From contig NC_043011.1 of the NCBI RefSeq assembly GCF_006345805.1, positions 30,826,464-30,890,463 of the forward strand: 64,000 nt of DNA. Reading direction: 5' to 3'. Below are positions 38,468 through 52,085 of the stretch, one piece after another (within the stretch, counting starts at the first letter, position 1; each line of letters begins with the position of its first letter). The stretch comes from Octopus sinensis. Its lineage: Eukaryota. A program made the position numbers and the translations under genes. The notes under the pieces were generated by a model. It ran no database searches. It saw only the letters and a list, made by a program, of their open reading frames with translations, and was not told the DNA's origin.

Positions 38468-38500
<33 letters not shown>

Positions 38501-39351
38501 ATCTCTCGAGACTTCAAAATTAGTAGATACACACATTAGGGCATCATCACATTTAATTATTTCTTTCGATCAAATTTCTCTTGAGTTGGCCTTGCTATGT
38601 TGGGGTAATTAGCTTTCAATATCGCACGAATATTGTGATATTTGTGATAGCACGAATAAGAATACAAAAATACGTAAAAACAATAATGATAATAATAATA
38701 GCAACAAAAACAGGACGTCACAGACAAGCGTCTTTTCGACAGGACGAATATATATATATAATTCTGAGCTTACACTCATCAAATGAGCATGCTATGTACT
38801 TTAGTTTAAAACACTCACAGGAATCAAATCTTACTGCTGTGATAGATTCGCACGTAGAGTATCTCGGGAAAGTAAATAAAAACAAAAGGAAAATCTTACG
38901 TACAAGAAAGATAAATTATGCAGGATTTGTAACTCATAAATCAAGCACGAGGAGTTATCTCCCTTGAATGAGTTTGCGTATCCAGTTGGAAGACCGAAAA
39001 TTATTGTTTGAAGAATAAGAATGCAAAGTGGGATGCAGGGAGAAATGTGGAAAAAGGGGTTGGAATTAAGCTAGCAAGGAAGGAAGGAAAGAAGGAAGGA
39101 AGGATGGGAGGAGTATCACAAGTCAAGACAACAATATTAAATGGTTGAATGGCTCTCGGAATGTCGTCTCTGAGAAATGGAGAGAAAGGTGGAATTTATT
39201 CAACAACTGCTCTTTCCTGCCTCTCCGACGCTGAACAAAGGCAATTATCTCGATCAGTGGTTCTCCACTAAAATATTATTAGTAAAGATTCTTTGCCGCT
39301 GCCTCTTTTTTAACGACAAGACAAATTATAGTATGCATGTATATAAATTGT

Positions 39352-39640
39352 GGAGGCACATGGCCTAGTGGTTAGAGCAACGGACTCGCGGTCGAGGGAT
39401 CGCCGGTTCGAATCTCAGACCGTTTATGAGCGAAACAGCTAAGCACCACGCAGCTCCGGTAGAAGGTAATGGTGAGCTTCTGCTGACACTTTCACCACAA
39501 CTTTCTCTCACCCTTTTCTCCGGCATCTTGCCGCTCACCTGCGACGGACCGGCGTCCCGTCCAGCTGGGGAACCTATACGCCAATGAAACCGGGAAACCG
39601 ACCCTTATGAGCTAGGCATGGCTCGAGAAAGAACAAACAT
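39352..39640 (+). mobile_element. tRNA-derived SINE family 3 with 14-bp TSD
   Basis: A box TGGCCTAGTGG, B box GGTTCGAATCT, TSD CATGTATATAAATT on both sides. Confidence 0.88.
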
Positions 39641-39699
39641 GTATATAAATTATTCCTTCTTCTGGTAAGTTTAAAAGGCTCGATACCACTTTTATTTTA

Positions 39700-40200
39700 T
39701 TAAATACAGTTTATCTACATACTTTTCAAACCTGGCAGGCTTTCCCGTCGGGACCACAGACTTTGAAGTAAAGATTCCATCTGGGTTTGAGAGGAAAATA
39801 CCCGTCCACAGCAGCCAGCCACACCACTTCTTTTGCTATATAGACCGGCAAGAGAAAAAATAACTGCCCTTTTTTGTCAAAGAAAGGTAGATCGTCGATT
39901 CCCACTATTGACTTGGTTGACAGCCGGATTCGTCCTACATGAAACAAGTGTTCAGCTTAAACCCAAGAGTCAGCAATGCTCAGGCACTGGACAAATGCAT
40001 ACAGAATAGTTTCGTGTCTCGACGTGCAGCTTGGCCAGGCCCGGTTACGTGGCACTTCCATGCTTGTAGAGTTTATCTCGAAATGGCAATGCCCTTCATC
40101 CAGTAAAAGGTAAAAGATTTATGGGTCCCGCGTTGGAAAGTCCTCAGGAACGAACAAGCCATTGATCCACAATGGAGGTCAGAGTCCCGCCCAGAATGTT
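39700..40200 (-). mobile_element. Degenerate L1/Tx1-clade ORF2 C-terminal fragment
   Basis: Across frames: ALPFRDKLYKHGSA...PSC...ETILYAFVQC.SIADSWV.AEHL..VGRIRLS...IAKEVVW (zinc-knuckle region of Tx1-like ORF2). Confidence 0.6.
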
Positions 40201-40559
40201 GCTGCCGATGGTGCCGGTGCTGCTATTGCTGCTGATACTGCTGGTGATTTTGTGAGCTTCTGTGTCTGGCCTATCATTTGTTCTTGCTGCGCCTATCGGT
40301 GTTGTTGATGTTGTTGTTGTTGCTGCTGCTGCTGCTGTTGTTGTTGTTGTTGTTGGTTTTATTGCTGCTGATGCTGTTATTGCTACTGATACTGCTACAA
40401 ATACTTTTAATAAAGTCTGCAAAATTGTTTAAAAAACGTTGGCGAACAAAGATGATTTCATCCTCAAAACATCTTCCTCTCTCCTCTCTTCTTGACTCGG
40501 AGACGAAAACGACGCCATTTTGAAGTCATTTTTGATATCTACAAAAATATCGTTCTGCA

Positions 40560-40990
40560 AAGACCCTGTGAGATTTTATGATTCAATGCGACCATGAGAT
40601 AGAAAATAGGAAGCCAGACATAGTCTTACTTGAGAAAGAAAGCAAACTATACTGGATCATAGATATAGCACGCCCAGCTGACGACAAGGTATGCGGTAAG
40701 GAAGAAAGAAAAGCTTGGGAGGTAAAGCAGTTATGGTCGATGAAAAAGGTGGTAGTGGTACCAGTAATTGTCGGAGCCTTGGGAACAGTGAGTAAAAATC
40801 TCGAGAAGTACATGGAACAAATAGGGGCTGCAATAAGGGTGGAACACTTGCAGGAAACAGCACTGCTTGTACCCGCTCGAATACTCCCAAAGTTTCTCGA
40901 AAATTATATAAAATTTGTTACTTTAGTTCACAGGTAGTGAACAGCTGCCAATGTAAAACATCTTTAGCGATAGAAGCTATGCAAAAGCAA
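40560..40990 (+). mobile_element. Dong/R4 family beta, endonuclease 3' fragment followed by (TAA)n
   Basis: IQCDHEIENRKPDIVLLEK...IIDIARPAD...VVVVPVIVGALG...HLQETALL. Confidence 0.8.
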
Positions 40991-40992
40991 TG

Positions 40993-41054
<62 letters not shown>

Positions 41055-41088
41055 TGTAATAATAATAATAATAATAATAATAATAGTA

Positions 41089-41152
<64 letters not shown>

Positions 41153-41229
41153 TAATAATAATAATAATAAAAATAATAATGATAATAATAATAATAATAA
41201 TAATGATAATAATAATAATAATATCATCA

Positions 41230-41281
<52 letters not shown>
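40990..41281. repeat. (AAT)n followed by (ATT)n: inverted microsatellite pair
   Basis: Strand switch at ATATCATCATCATT near 41221-41234. Confidence 0.9.
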
Positions 41282-41282
<1 letters not shown>

Positions 41283-42024
41283 AATATGCAAAAACCGTTT
41301 TATGCATATATACACAGTTGGTGCGTAAATTTATCAATTACATATAGATCCAATTATTTATACATACTTGTACATATTGACATTTATAAACTACATAATG
41401 TCGCCTCCGCACACACGTACACACACACACATACACATACAAACACGCACATACACACATGTACACACGACACACAACACACGCGCGCGCGAGCATGTAC
41501 ACATACACATGCAAACACACACATACACACACACACACAAATCACGTGTCGCAAGTAAAGTAGGACAAAATAAAAACAAAGAGACTTAGAAGCAACACAC
41601 ACGAAAGAAGCAAATAATCCTTTAGTTTAAATCACCACTAATCTGTCATGCCTGGAGTTATGTCAACCAAAATTCGCTCTGTAAGACTCTTGCGATTACG
41701 ATATGAGAAACATCCATTCAAAGGACTCGGAGGCGGTGTTCTGTCCAAAAGTTAACTCGAAACAAACAGACTCGTCTCCTAATCCCAATGTTGTTTTAAT
41801 GGTCAGAAGCCAAAACTCAACGAGGCGTCATCTATATCGGATCAATCGTCGCCCAGGTGAACAAGATCTAGACAGGGCACGAAAAGTTTGCAACTAGTTC
41901 AAACCTTCCCAGCAAATGAGTCTGAAAGTCTTCCACAATAGAACAAGTTTTCTCAAGGCCCTCGCAAATCAACAGGCAAAGACTATGTCAGTCATTGAAG
42001 AAAAATCTTTGCAGGAAGATATAA

Positions 42025-42900
42025 GCTAAGAGCATAAGATTCCTTAGAAAAAAGCATCGAATGTATACGAAACAAGGACGAAAAAACAGACGATGTTACA
42101 CGACTATAAATACAAAAATACAATAAAGAATCAAAAAACAATAATAATAATAATAATAATAATAATATAATAATAATAATAATAATAATAACAGGACATG
42201 GCAACAGGCGTCTTTCGACTGGGGACGAATTGAATTCAGCTGGTGTGTGTAGTAATGAAGCCTTACGGCAGAGGGAAGAATGTCGATGTGACAGTGACCG
42301 AGGTCAGACACAAAAAGGGCTAGCAGTCGGCCAACGGTCACGTGAGAAGAGAAGAGAGAGAAAAAGAGAAACAAAGGAATTGAGGAGGAGGAGATGAGAG
42401 AGAGAGAGTGTGTAGAAGTAGATAGACAGAAGAATCAAGGAGTGGCGAGAAAAAAAGAGAGAGACAGGGACATAGCGAAGTGTAGAGTGAGTAAGAAAGG
42501 CAAAGAAATGTGAGAGTGAGGGGGAGAGAGTGTTGAAAAAGTCGTACAAAATTTAGTGAAATGTGTACTTACATATAAGAGAACAAAACATCCGGACAAC
42601 TAGGTGATACAAAATAGGACAACAAAACATCCAGATAGGCGATACAAAAAACACACGGACGGGACATTCGAAGCCTTTTATCTTCAGTCAAGAACCGGAT
42701 CATCCCCGCAATTTCGGCTGATTAATCTCGAGATTGCGCCAATCTGGCCAGCCCCAAGGAAACACTAAGCTAAGAGCATTAGATTCCATGGAAAAAAGCA
42801 TCGAACGTATACGAAACAAGGACGGAAAAACAGACGATGTTACACGAATATAAATACAAAAATACGATAAAAAAACAAAACAAAATCTAATACTAATAAT
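42025..42900 (-). mobile_element. Second copy of the U/T/V non-coding unit, as partial tandem with terminal direct repeat of T
   Basis: AAGCTAAGAGCAT.AGATTCC...TACAAAAATAC occurs at both 42025-42140 and 42767-42880. Confidence 0.65.
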
Positions 42901-44480
42901 AATAATAAAAGGACATATATATAATTGAGATTCAGATGAATTAGGTACTTAAGTTGAAGCACCAAACATTAGTGCGGTACTATCCGTACAACCTCAAAAT
43001 AAGTGAATGAAATCAAACAAGCAACAGGATATCCAGAGGTGATGCAGTACGACCGTTTCAAGCGGCTCCTTTTAATTGAACAATGCAATCATTACATCAA
43101 TTTAAATGCAGGGCTATTCTCAGCTGCATAAATAAATAAATAGAATTTTTTTTTAATCAGTCGGACATATTAATATAATTTTGCTTAAATACTCTAATAG
43201 AGTAAGAAGTCATCAGGAAAAAAAATTTGTTTGGGTCATAGTTTGTCACTGATTTTGGTTCAGTTTTAAGTTATTAGTCTTGTTTATCAAATCTAAAACT
43301 AGAGAATTGTGTCTATTAGGAAAAGGCAGGAAAGAGTTGACAGAACATAATGGGTATAGTCATAAAACTTGTCAAGATTATTTTGAAGTAGTATAAAGTA
43401 ACTGGCTATAATGAAGTTGGCTAGTGTAAGATCTCAAAACAAGATGTTAATTACGAGTTAAGGGGGCAAGACGCTAATAAAACCAATAATGATAATACAG
43501 AGGAAACTTTACCAAGGGGTACGATAGGAGATTATTTCAAACAATATTGTTATGTTGTATAAAGATAAAATTTAGGGTTATCAAGAAAAATATTATAACC
43601 AAATGATAAATTTTGAATGATTTTGAATGCATACCAAAATTTTCAAAAACGGAGAGAGAAAATTTATTTGTGGAATAACAGTGCCTTCAATGGTGTCATG
43701 TCAAAAATTGCCTTTTAGGATGTTGGTAAACGCGTCCAATTTTGATGCGAATACATGTGCATACACGAGCTTATACGAGACTTCAAATTTAGTAGATAAA
43801 CACATTTGGGGCATCATCTAATTTAGTGATTTCTGTCTTCCTGATTTCCTTTGCGTTAGCCTTGCTATGTTGGGATAATTAGCTTTCAGTATTGATTAAA
43901 TGCATAATACGTGAATATTCACGCGTACCGAAATATGAAAATACAAAAATATTGAAACGTATACTATTGAATGCAACATGTAGCACACACCGCATTTTGT
44001 AGATATAAGTACTTGAGTATCGTATAATTAATTATGCTTTCACAAGTAGTGAGCATGTATTAGTCGATAAAATACGTTTCGCAATATATCTGGTATCTTG
44101 TATATATGCTATGTATAAGTTGCACATAAGTATGCAGTTTAGAAATCAAATGAGTATATGTCTTCTATTTATATTGTCCACATCCGCAATTTTCCAGTTA
44201 CATCATAAATTCGCCTAGTTTAAATAGATGGGATAGAGGTCAAGGCGTCATTCTTGGCACTTCGTAATTTAAGTTACTTGCACGTGCAATGAAATGTTTC
44301 TTTCTTGATGTCCAAATGTTCGCTGTGGTACAAGGGTGGCAACTGCGGCCTCGTCCCTAGTATTTACTGGCAATGATGCACCTGCTTCCTTGTGGGTTTC
44401 CCACGCTCCTGAAAATACAAGAAATATTTTTCTCAATTAATCAAAACACTGTCTTCGTAGCCCCAAACGACATATCCAAG

Positions 44481-44545
44481 TGTTATTAACCTATTCTTTT
44501 CATCTCAGCTCTGCTCTTATTTAGGGACTTTTCAGTCGACACTAC
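44481..44545 (+). pseudogene. GPCR remnant: 5'UTR fused directly to TM7 coding sequence
   Basis: GACATATCCAAGTG (5'UTR as at 36436) joined to TTATTAACCTATTCTTTTCATCTCAGCTCTGCTCTT...GGACTTTTCAGTCGAC (LLTYSFHLSSAL...GLFSR). Confidence 0.75.
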
Positions 44546-44981
44546 AACCAGCCAGTATTTGTCCAGGATAGGACTACACAGCCACAGCAGGAAATGTATC
44601 AGGACATGAAATATAAAAGCCGGACTAGACTACAAAAAAAAAAAAAGATGCGCAACTCCATTGTCTCCCAGACAGAAAGGATGCCAATTAACTTTTAATT
44701 GTAACAGGATGTGTGATGTATTAAAATTATATTTACTTGTGAAATGTGTTGAGTCTCTCATGAGAAGAGTAACGAAACGTCTACTAATACTGCTGGTGGT
44801 ATGTATACGCTTATAATATTAATGATTTTCTTATTGCTTAGCTCCGTAATCGAAGCTGATCCAACAAATCAATCATCAAAAACAATTCATTAATGATCAT
44901 GTTGTCTCTCTTTTCTTTCTTTTTTTCAGGGGTTGTATTTCCTGAACCATCTTTTCTAACATAACGTAATATATTGTTCTA

Positions 44982-45015
<34 letters not shown>

Positions 45016-45686
45016 CTCGTCAATTTTAGCATGTTTTGCTATTGTTGGTGGTGGTGGTGTTGAGCTCCATAGATCAAAGAACATTAATAATTATATGTCT
45101 CACTACTTTATCCACTCAAACATCTATCAAATCACATTTACTCGGGATATTATATAAATCAGATATAGTTTATCCTCAGGTCAGTCCTAATCCAACAAAT
45201 CTCTGATCAACGACACTCTCTTCACAACCATTCCACCTTTTCTTTGAGTTAGGATGTTATATGAGAGAAAATTGTTTTCTGTTTCTAGCAGTTTGAGGGA
45301 CTAGGCACAAGATTTAACATTCGCTGCATATAAATCAATTGCTACTCTTACTGTGTTGCGTCTTTTCAACTGCCATTGCTGTATTTAAATGTCCCTATCA
45401 CAGTCAAAACCTAGTGAAATTAGACAACTTGGAATTCAAGTCCATCTAAATACTCCTAAGTCCATATAAGGCATTGATAGCAACCTTTCACTTTTCCTTT
45501 TTTTCTGTGTTTCCTTACAGATATACAAATAGTCCGTAAGGTTTATCCGAATATTGGAACTTTTTCACTAGTCTCTTCAGAATTGCCTAGACGATTCCGC
45601 ATTAAAAAAACGCTATATTGGTCCAAATGATTTTTCTGTTAGAATACTATTCTAAATTTATTCAGTTAGACTTCTAACAAACTAAA

Positions 45687-45850
45687 ATGCTTAGCGGCAT
45701 TGCGTACGTCTGCACAATCTGAGTTCAAATTCCGCTGAGTTCAACTTTGCCTTTTATCCTTTCGAGGTCGATAAATTAAGTAGCAGTGAAACACTGGGGG
45801 GTCGACGTAATCGACTAGTCCCCTCTCCCAACATTTCAGGCCTTGTACTT
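45687..45850 (+). mobile_element. SINE family 2, single copy
   Basis: AAATGCTTAGCGGCATT...TCTGAGTTCAAATTCCGC...GTCGATAAATTAAGTA. Confidence 0.8.
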
Positions 45851-47275
45851 GTCGTAGATAGGATTTCTTACTCAACATTTAGGAATGTCATCTGAATATC
45901 AACATCACATTCAACTATTATGATTATGTGTATTTTTGTCATTTTACGAAAAGAGCTCATATATGTTTTAGTGACAGAAAATTTTCTCATGCTTTTTTTT
46001 TTTTTTCTCCATCTCCCATATTCTCTGTCGACTTTTATCTGTCGACTTTTATCTCTCCCCCTCTCTTTCCCTGTCTATCCTTCTCTCTCTATCTCTGTCC
46101 CTCTCTCTCTCTCTCTGTCTTTCTCTCCCTCTTTCCCCCTCTCTTTCCCTCTCTCCCTGCTTTATCTCCCTCTCTGTCTCCTTTTTATGTCTCTCTCATA
46201 ACAAATTTCATTTAAATTAGCTACAAAATTACCATTACTTTGACCTATATCATATATTACTTTAATTTGTTTATTCTACGTATTGTCAACTGTGTCATTA
46301 AAATAATATGCTAATGTATCTTTCCCGGCTCTTGAAACCTTCAGTGACCAGATTAGCAAATAGTTATGCGGGAATTGCTTGGTGAAAGACTAATTGGTAG
46401 GTTTCAAGGCAAGACATCGCATATGAAGTTTAAATATCAAGAACGATACGAAACACAAAAACTGCATTGCCAGTACTAAAGAACATTTTATCGTTCCTGG
46501 AGACCTTGTGGGCTTGACAACACATCACATTTCTATTTTTGACGGATTGCAGCGGCTGTCTTCTAATTTATTCCGAAAAATTCTTACTAATTTTTCTTGC
46601 ATATATATACAGATCACACCGTCCCGTTTTGTCTAACGTTCCTGTAGTCTTCTATTCACCCACCTGTTTTCGTATTTTCTGTTTGTTTCATTCATCATTT
46701 TGTGATGAAATATGAATTCTTTAAGATTTAGTATATTCGTGTTCAAATACACGTTTCCTCTCGGAATAGCCGTCAATGCAAGGAAAATAACTATTCGTTC
46801 GCGATGTGAGGCAGGGTTGAAAATTAAGAACTACAAGAAAATATACTCACAGAACTCTCATATTCAATTTCCTTTTATCTATTGCGATATATTTCCAATT
46901 GCTAGTGCGTGTTGATTAAGTATAGCACTATTTCATTTGTTTTCGAAACCTTCAGCACGATATAACCTATAACTTATTAAATCGATATATCACGAAGAGA
47001 GTCATTAATTGAAATTAAAGATGAAATTATTTACCATCTGGCAGTAATATATAGAATCTTTATTTTACTTCTTCATAGAACGTTGATAGTTTAGGAATCA
47101 AAGAAAACAGAGAACGTCCTTAGTGCTTGCATACAGAGTAATAATCGTTGAATAGCATTATCTCTCGTAAAAATGTATTAAAGTTGCAAATAATGTTAAC
47201 GTCATTTTGATTTCATCTGCATTTTTCGATATATTTTTACTAACTATGCGTTTATATAAGAAAAAAAAACGTCAC

Positions 47276-47427
47276 TCTTTTCAAACCTAGCCAGGCTCAT
47301 GGGCCCGGTTTCCCGGTTTCTGTTGCGTATGTGTTCCTCCCAGCTGGACGGGACGCCAGTCCATCGCATCGTTACTCAAGAAACAGGAAGAGAGAGTGAG
47401 AGAAAGTTGTGGCGAAAGAGTACAACA
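47276..47427 (-). mobile_element. SINE family 3, 3' part
   Basis: Nearly identical to 9058-9200. Confidence 0.8.
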
Positions 47428-50400
47428 AATTCGCAAGGAAACTTGGCATTAACCCTGAATTAGATGAAGAACCTAAAAGCACTGTCATCAAGCAGACTGC
47501 AAAAAGAACGGGCAGAAACAAATTGGGGAGCGGTAGAGCCCGAAGCTTCTGCATGGACAGTATATACTTCGAAGTCGAAATACTGATGTAGACCAAGCAG
47601 CAAACCATCAGTGGCTGAGAAGTTCAGGACTGAAAGCACAGACTGAAGGTTTCATATTGGCGGCACAAGATCAAAGCTTGCTTACCAAAAGCTACCAGCT
47701 AACGTTCTTCAAAACGGTTCTAACCCTAAATGCAGATTCTGCGATAAATTTCACTTAACAATAGACCATCTTGTCTCAGGATGTCCTGTGCTGATACCAA
47801 ACGTATACAAAATCGCCAGGATAGGGTAGGACAGAATTTACATTGGAAAATATGTAAACACCACAAAATCAGCACTCCTGCTTACTGGTATGAACATGAT
47901 CCTGAACCAGTCGATGAAGGTATAAATGTCACTATCCTACCAGATAACATTCAAAACCAAATGTTTTGGAGAAGTACACATCTGGAGCAAAGACAAGGAG
48001 CATAAGAAGGATGCTGAATGGTTGCAAGAACTTAAACAAACAGTAGTCTGTCCAAAACAGGCAGAACTAGTCATTTCTGTTAGGCAAATGAAGGAAATCA
48101 ACAAAAAATGGTCAAACGGACTACAAGACTGTTCAGATGGAATTCAAGGCTACTGGATCAAGAGATTTGATGAATGTCATGCACGAATAGCTACACAACT
48201 CAACATCTTGTTACATGCCGGCTAAATAACACCAGAGTGATTGACAATGGGTAGGACAGTGCTGTGCTTGAAAAACATCGATAAAGGCAATACGGTATGA
48301 ACGTGATGTCTCAGGATGTCCTGTGCTGATACCAAACGTATACAAAATCGCCAGGATAGGGTAGGACAGAATTTACATTGGAAAATATGTAAACACTACA
48401 AAATCAGCACTCCTGCTTACTGTAATGAACATGATCCTGAACCAGTCGATGAAGGAAAAAATTTCACTATCCTCTGGGATTTTCTGTCAACAGCGACACA
48501 ACGTTCCAGGTTAATCGGCCATACATAGTCATTAAAGACAGGGAAGAAAATATCTGTATACTAATAGATGTAAGTAAAGGAATTTGACAAATCCAGTAAA
48601 TATAAAGACTTGGAAATTGAAATACAAAAGACGTGGCGTTAGAAGCTGTGCAAAGACAATAAAGACCAAAGAATGAAGGGTTACCACGAGGAGGGGGTTA
48701 TTCAGAGTGGATTAGAAGAGATTCTACAAAGAAATAAATGGAGAGAGTACAGATGAAAAGTTGATACCAGATAACATTCAAAACCAAATGTTTTGGAGTG
48801 ACATCTGGAGCAATGACAAGAACCATAAGAAGGATGCTGAATGGTTGCAAGAACTTAAACAAACAGTACTCTGTCCAAAACAGGCAGAACTAGTCATTTC
48901 AGTTAGGGAAATGAAGGAAATCAACAAAAAATGGGCAAAAGGACTGCAAGACAGTTCAGAGGGAATTCAAGGCTACTGGATCAAAAGATTTGATGAATGT
49001 CATGCACGAATAGTTGCACAACTCAACATCTTGTTACATGCCGGCTAAATAACACCAGAGTAATTGACAATGGGTAGGACAGTGCTGTGCTTGAAAAAAC
49101 ATCGATAAAGGCAATACGGTAGACAATTACAGGCCGATATCCTGCTTGCCACCTATGTGGAAATTATTGACTGGAATACTCGCAGAGTCAATGTACGAAC
49201 ATATGGTGGGGAAATGGAATCCTGCCACATGAGCAGAAGAGTTGCAAGCCTAAGTGCAGGGGCACCAGGGATCAACTCCGTGTAGACAAAAATGTACTTT
49301 GAGACTGCAAGAGGAGGTAAACTAACTTGGCCATGTCATGGATCGATTATCGTAAGGCGTATGATATGATCCCACATTCTTGGGTTATGGAACGTATGGA
49401 CCTACTTTCTATTGCATCAAATGTTGAGCGATTACTTGGAAAAGGTAAGGCGAATTGGGGGACGAAGTTGACAGCAAATGGAAGAAGTTTAGGGACAGTA
49501 GAAATCAGGAAAGACATCTTCAAAGGGAACTGCCTGTCACCACTGATCTTTGTACTGTACATGATACCACTAACACTGATTCTGAGGAAAGCAAAGGCTG
49601 TGTATGTATTCAAAAGCCGCCAACAAATGTCAACCACTTATTATTCATGGATGACCTCAAACTTTATGGTAAAGATGAATCCCAAGTCAGTTCGTTCGTT
49701 GATACGGTGTATACTTTCAGTGCTGACATCAAAATGGAGTTCGGACTGAAAAAGTATGGTGCGTTAGTCTTGAAGAGAGGCAAAATCAAATGTATGGACG
49801 AGCTAGCGATACTGCCGGGGAAGGTTATGAAGCAGATAGAAGATACGGGCTATAAGTACCTGGGGATTTGGGAAATGGATAAATTGATGGAGAAAGAAAT
49901 GACAGAAAGATTTAAAGTGGAGTACTTGCGCAGACTGAGACTGATCCTTAAGTTAAAATTAAACGTACGGAATAAGATTGAAGCTATCAACACCTGGGCA
50001 GTTTCACTACTTAGATATGGAGCAGAGGTAATTGCATGGACAGCAGACTAATTAAACAGCTTAAACAGAATGACAAGGAAGTTGTTGACTAGATATGGGA
50101 TACTCCATCCAAAACGTAACACAGAGAGACTGTATGTACCGAGAAAAAGGAGGAGAAAGAGGACTGATTTGATGCGAACACAGCATTAGAGCAGAGGAAA
50201 ACAGCATAGCATGCTATGTAAAATATGCCACAGAACCACTATTATTGGACGTAAGAAGGTCAGGCTTGTGTATGATGGAAGATTGCAAAGATAAAGCACT
50301 GTATAAGCACTTTGAGAGTGAATGAAACTGAAAGTAGGTGGACAAAGAAAGAATGCATGGACAATTTCATAGGGATGTTGATGATAAGACAGAGAGAGAA

Positions 50401-50870
50401 AAAGATGGCTATGGATGACTAAAAGTGATTTAAAACCGGAAACAGAATCCCTAATCTCTGCTGTCGAAGAGCATGCATCAAGAACGAATTACATCAAATA
50501 CAGAATACACAACACATTGGATAATGATAAGTGCAGACTTTGTAGACAAAGTAGTGAAACCTGTGGCATATTACTAGTCAATGCATGCCATTGGATGCTT
50601 TGCAACAAGTATGGACTTAACAGAGCAAAAACGTGGTACGCGCATTAAACCATGAGATAGAGAGTAGGAAACTAGACAAAGTGTTAATTGAGAAAGAAAG
50701 CAAACGATGCTGGATATAGCATGCACAGCTGACAACAAGGTATACAATAAGGAAGAAAAGTGTCGATAGATATGACAGGTTAACTTGAGAGGTTAAGCAA
50801 TTGCGGTCGATGGAAAAGGTGGTAGTACTACGAATAACTGTCGGAACCCTGGTAAGAATGAAAAAGAGAG
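47428..50870 (+). mobile_element. Rearranged Dong/R4 LINE mosaic (two families), including a nearly complete frameshifted RT
   Basis: DGIQGYWIK; GRTVL; [16 protein letters not shown]; WIDYRKAYDMIPHSW; LSPL; NHLLFMDDLKLYGK; YKYLGI; NKIEAINTWAV; DLKPETESLI; CRLC. Internal duplications 47770-47937/48310-48475 and 47938-48297/48765-49121. Confidence 0.85.
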
Positions 50871-52085
50871 ATTCCTTAATACAGACAGCAAGACTGTTCA
50901 GCAAAGATATAGGATGGAATTTGGCATAGATAAGAATGCAATATTTGTCATGAAAGGGGGATAGGCAGTCAAAAGCTAATGGATCCAATGACGAGATGGC
51001 CAGACATTAAAATCACCGAGAGAAGTAGGGAGTTATAAGTATCTAGGAGTATTAGATCTGACAGAGTACTAATTATAGAAACGGAAACGAAAATTGAGAA
51101 GGAGTACATCAGAAGGATAAGGAAGTTTATGAAATCAAAACTAAATTGTCCGAAACTAGTGAAGGCTTTAAATACGTGGATAGTATCTTTACTTAGATAC
51201 TCAGCAGTTTTTGTAGATTGGACAAAACTACATTAGCAAAGTTAGACAGAAGAATTGTTAATGAATTCAATATGAATGGAGGACTCCATCCAACACAGGA
51301 GTAGCAAGATTATACTTGGCTAGAAAGGAAGTGGAAGTGGGATAATATCAGTAGAAGACTGTGTGGAGTTAGCTAGAGTAGATATAGACTCCTACGTAGA
51401 TAATAGTAAAGAATGTTTAGAGAGCTACTTCAATCACAGCAAGACATAGGGAAAAAAAAAACAAACAAAGTTAAAAGCCAGAAAAACAAACAAAAGACTG
51501 GCAGGAGAAGGCTTTGCATGGTAGATTCCCAAAGATGATTGTAGCAAATAGTAGTAGTGAGACATGATTATGGTTGCAGAAAGGACAGCTGAAACGAGAG
51601 ACAGAAAGTTTGTTAGAAGCAGCACAAGATCAAGTATCAAGGATTAATTGGATAAAAAACTCAAACAGACAAAAATTAAGTGCATTCCCAATGTAGGTTA
51701 TGCAAATCAAAAGAGGGATGTGTTACTCATATAGTAAGTGAATGTATTATGCTGGCACAGAAAGAATATATGGAACGGGCATGTCAACCTAGAGCCAACA
51801 TTCAGACTGACATAGTAACAGAAAGCCTAATTTAGAAGTAGTAGACAGTACCAATTAATTGACTTTACAGTCCCAAGTTATGAAAAAATAAATATGAGAG
51901 GTATAGAAAAATAACAAAGTTCCAGGACCTAGCTATTAGATTACAGAGACTGTGAAAAGTGCGGGAAAAATGTATCCCAGTAGTTATAGGTACAACAGAA
52001 ACTATACCTACAGATTTGTACAGATGAGGAGAGGAGACAGGCATAAAACCCATTTAGTGCAGCTGCAGAAAACAGTGTTATTATA
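50870..52085 (+). mobile_element. Older, more degenerate Dong/R4-like 3' fragment ending in (ATAC)n
   Basis: EFGIDK; YKYLGVL; EYIRRIRK..KSKLN; LNTW.VSLLRYSA; RLYL.RKE.G; IPVVIG.T.T remnants in several frames. Confidence 0.6.

Larger units (their letters stand above)
34870..38490 (+). repeat. Segmental duplication unit, paralogous to 43210-45000
   Basis: 34870-36450 matches 43210-44480; 37995-38490 matches 44545-45000. The second copy lacks most of the intervening GPCR pseudogene. Confidence 0.85.
38498..44030 (+). repeat. Young segmental duplication, colinear with 55488-64000
   Basis: 38498-40990 = 55488-58030; 41270-41376 = 58815-58922; 42025-42915 = 60430-61539; 42915-44030 = 62825-64000. 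Confidence 0.92.
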
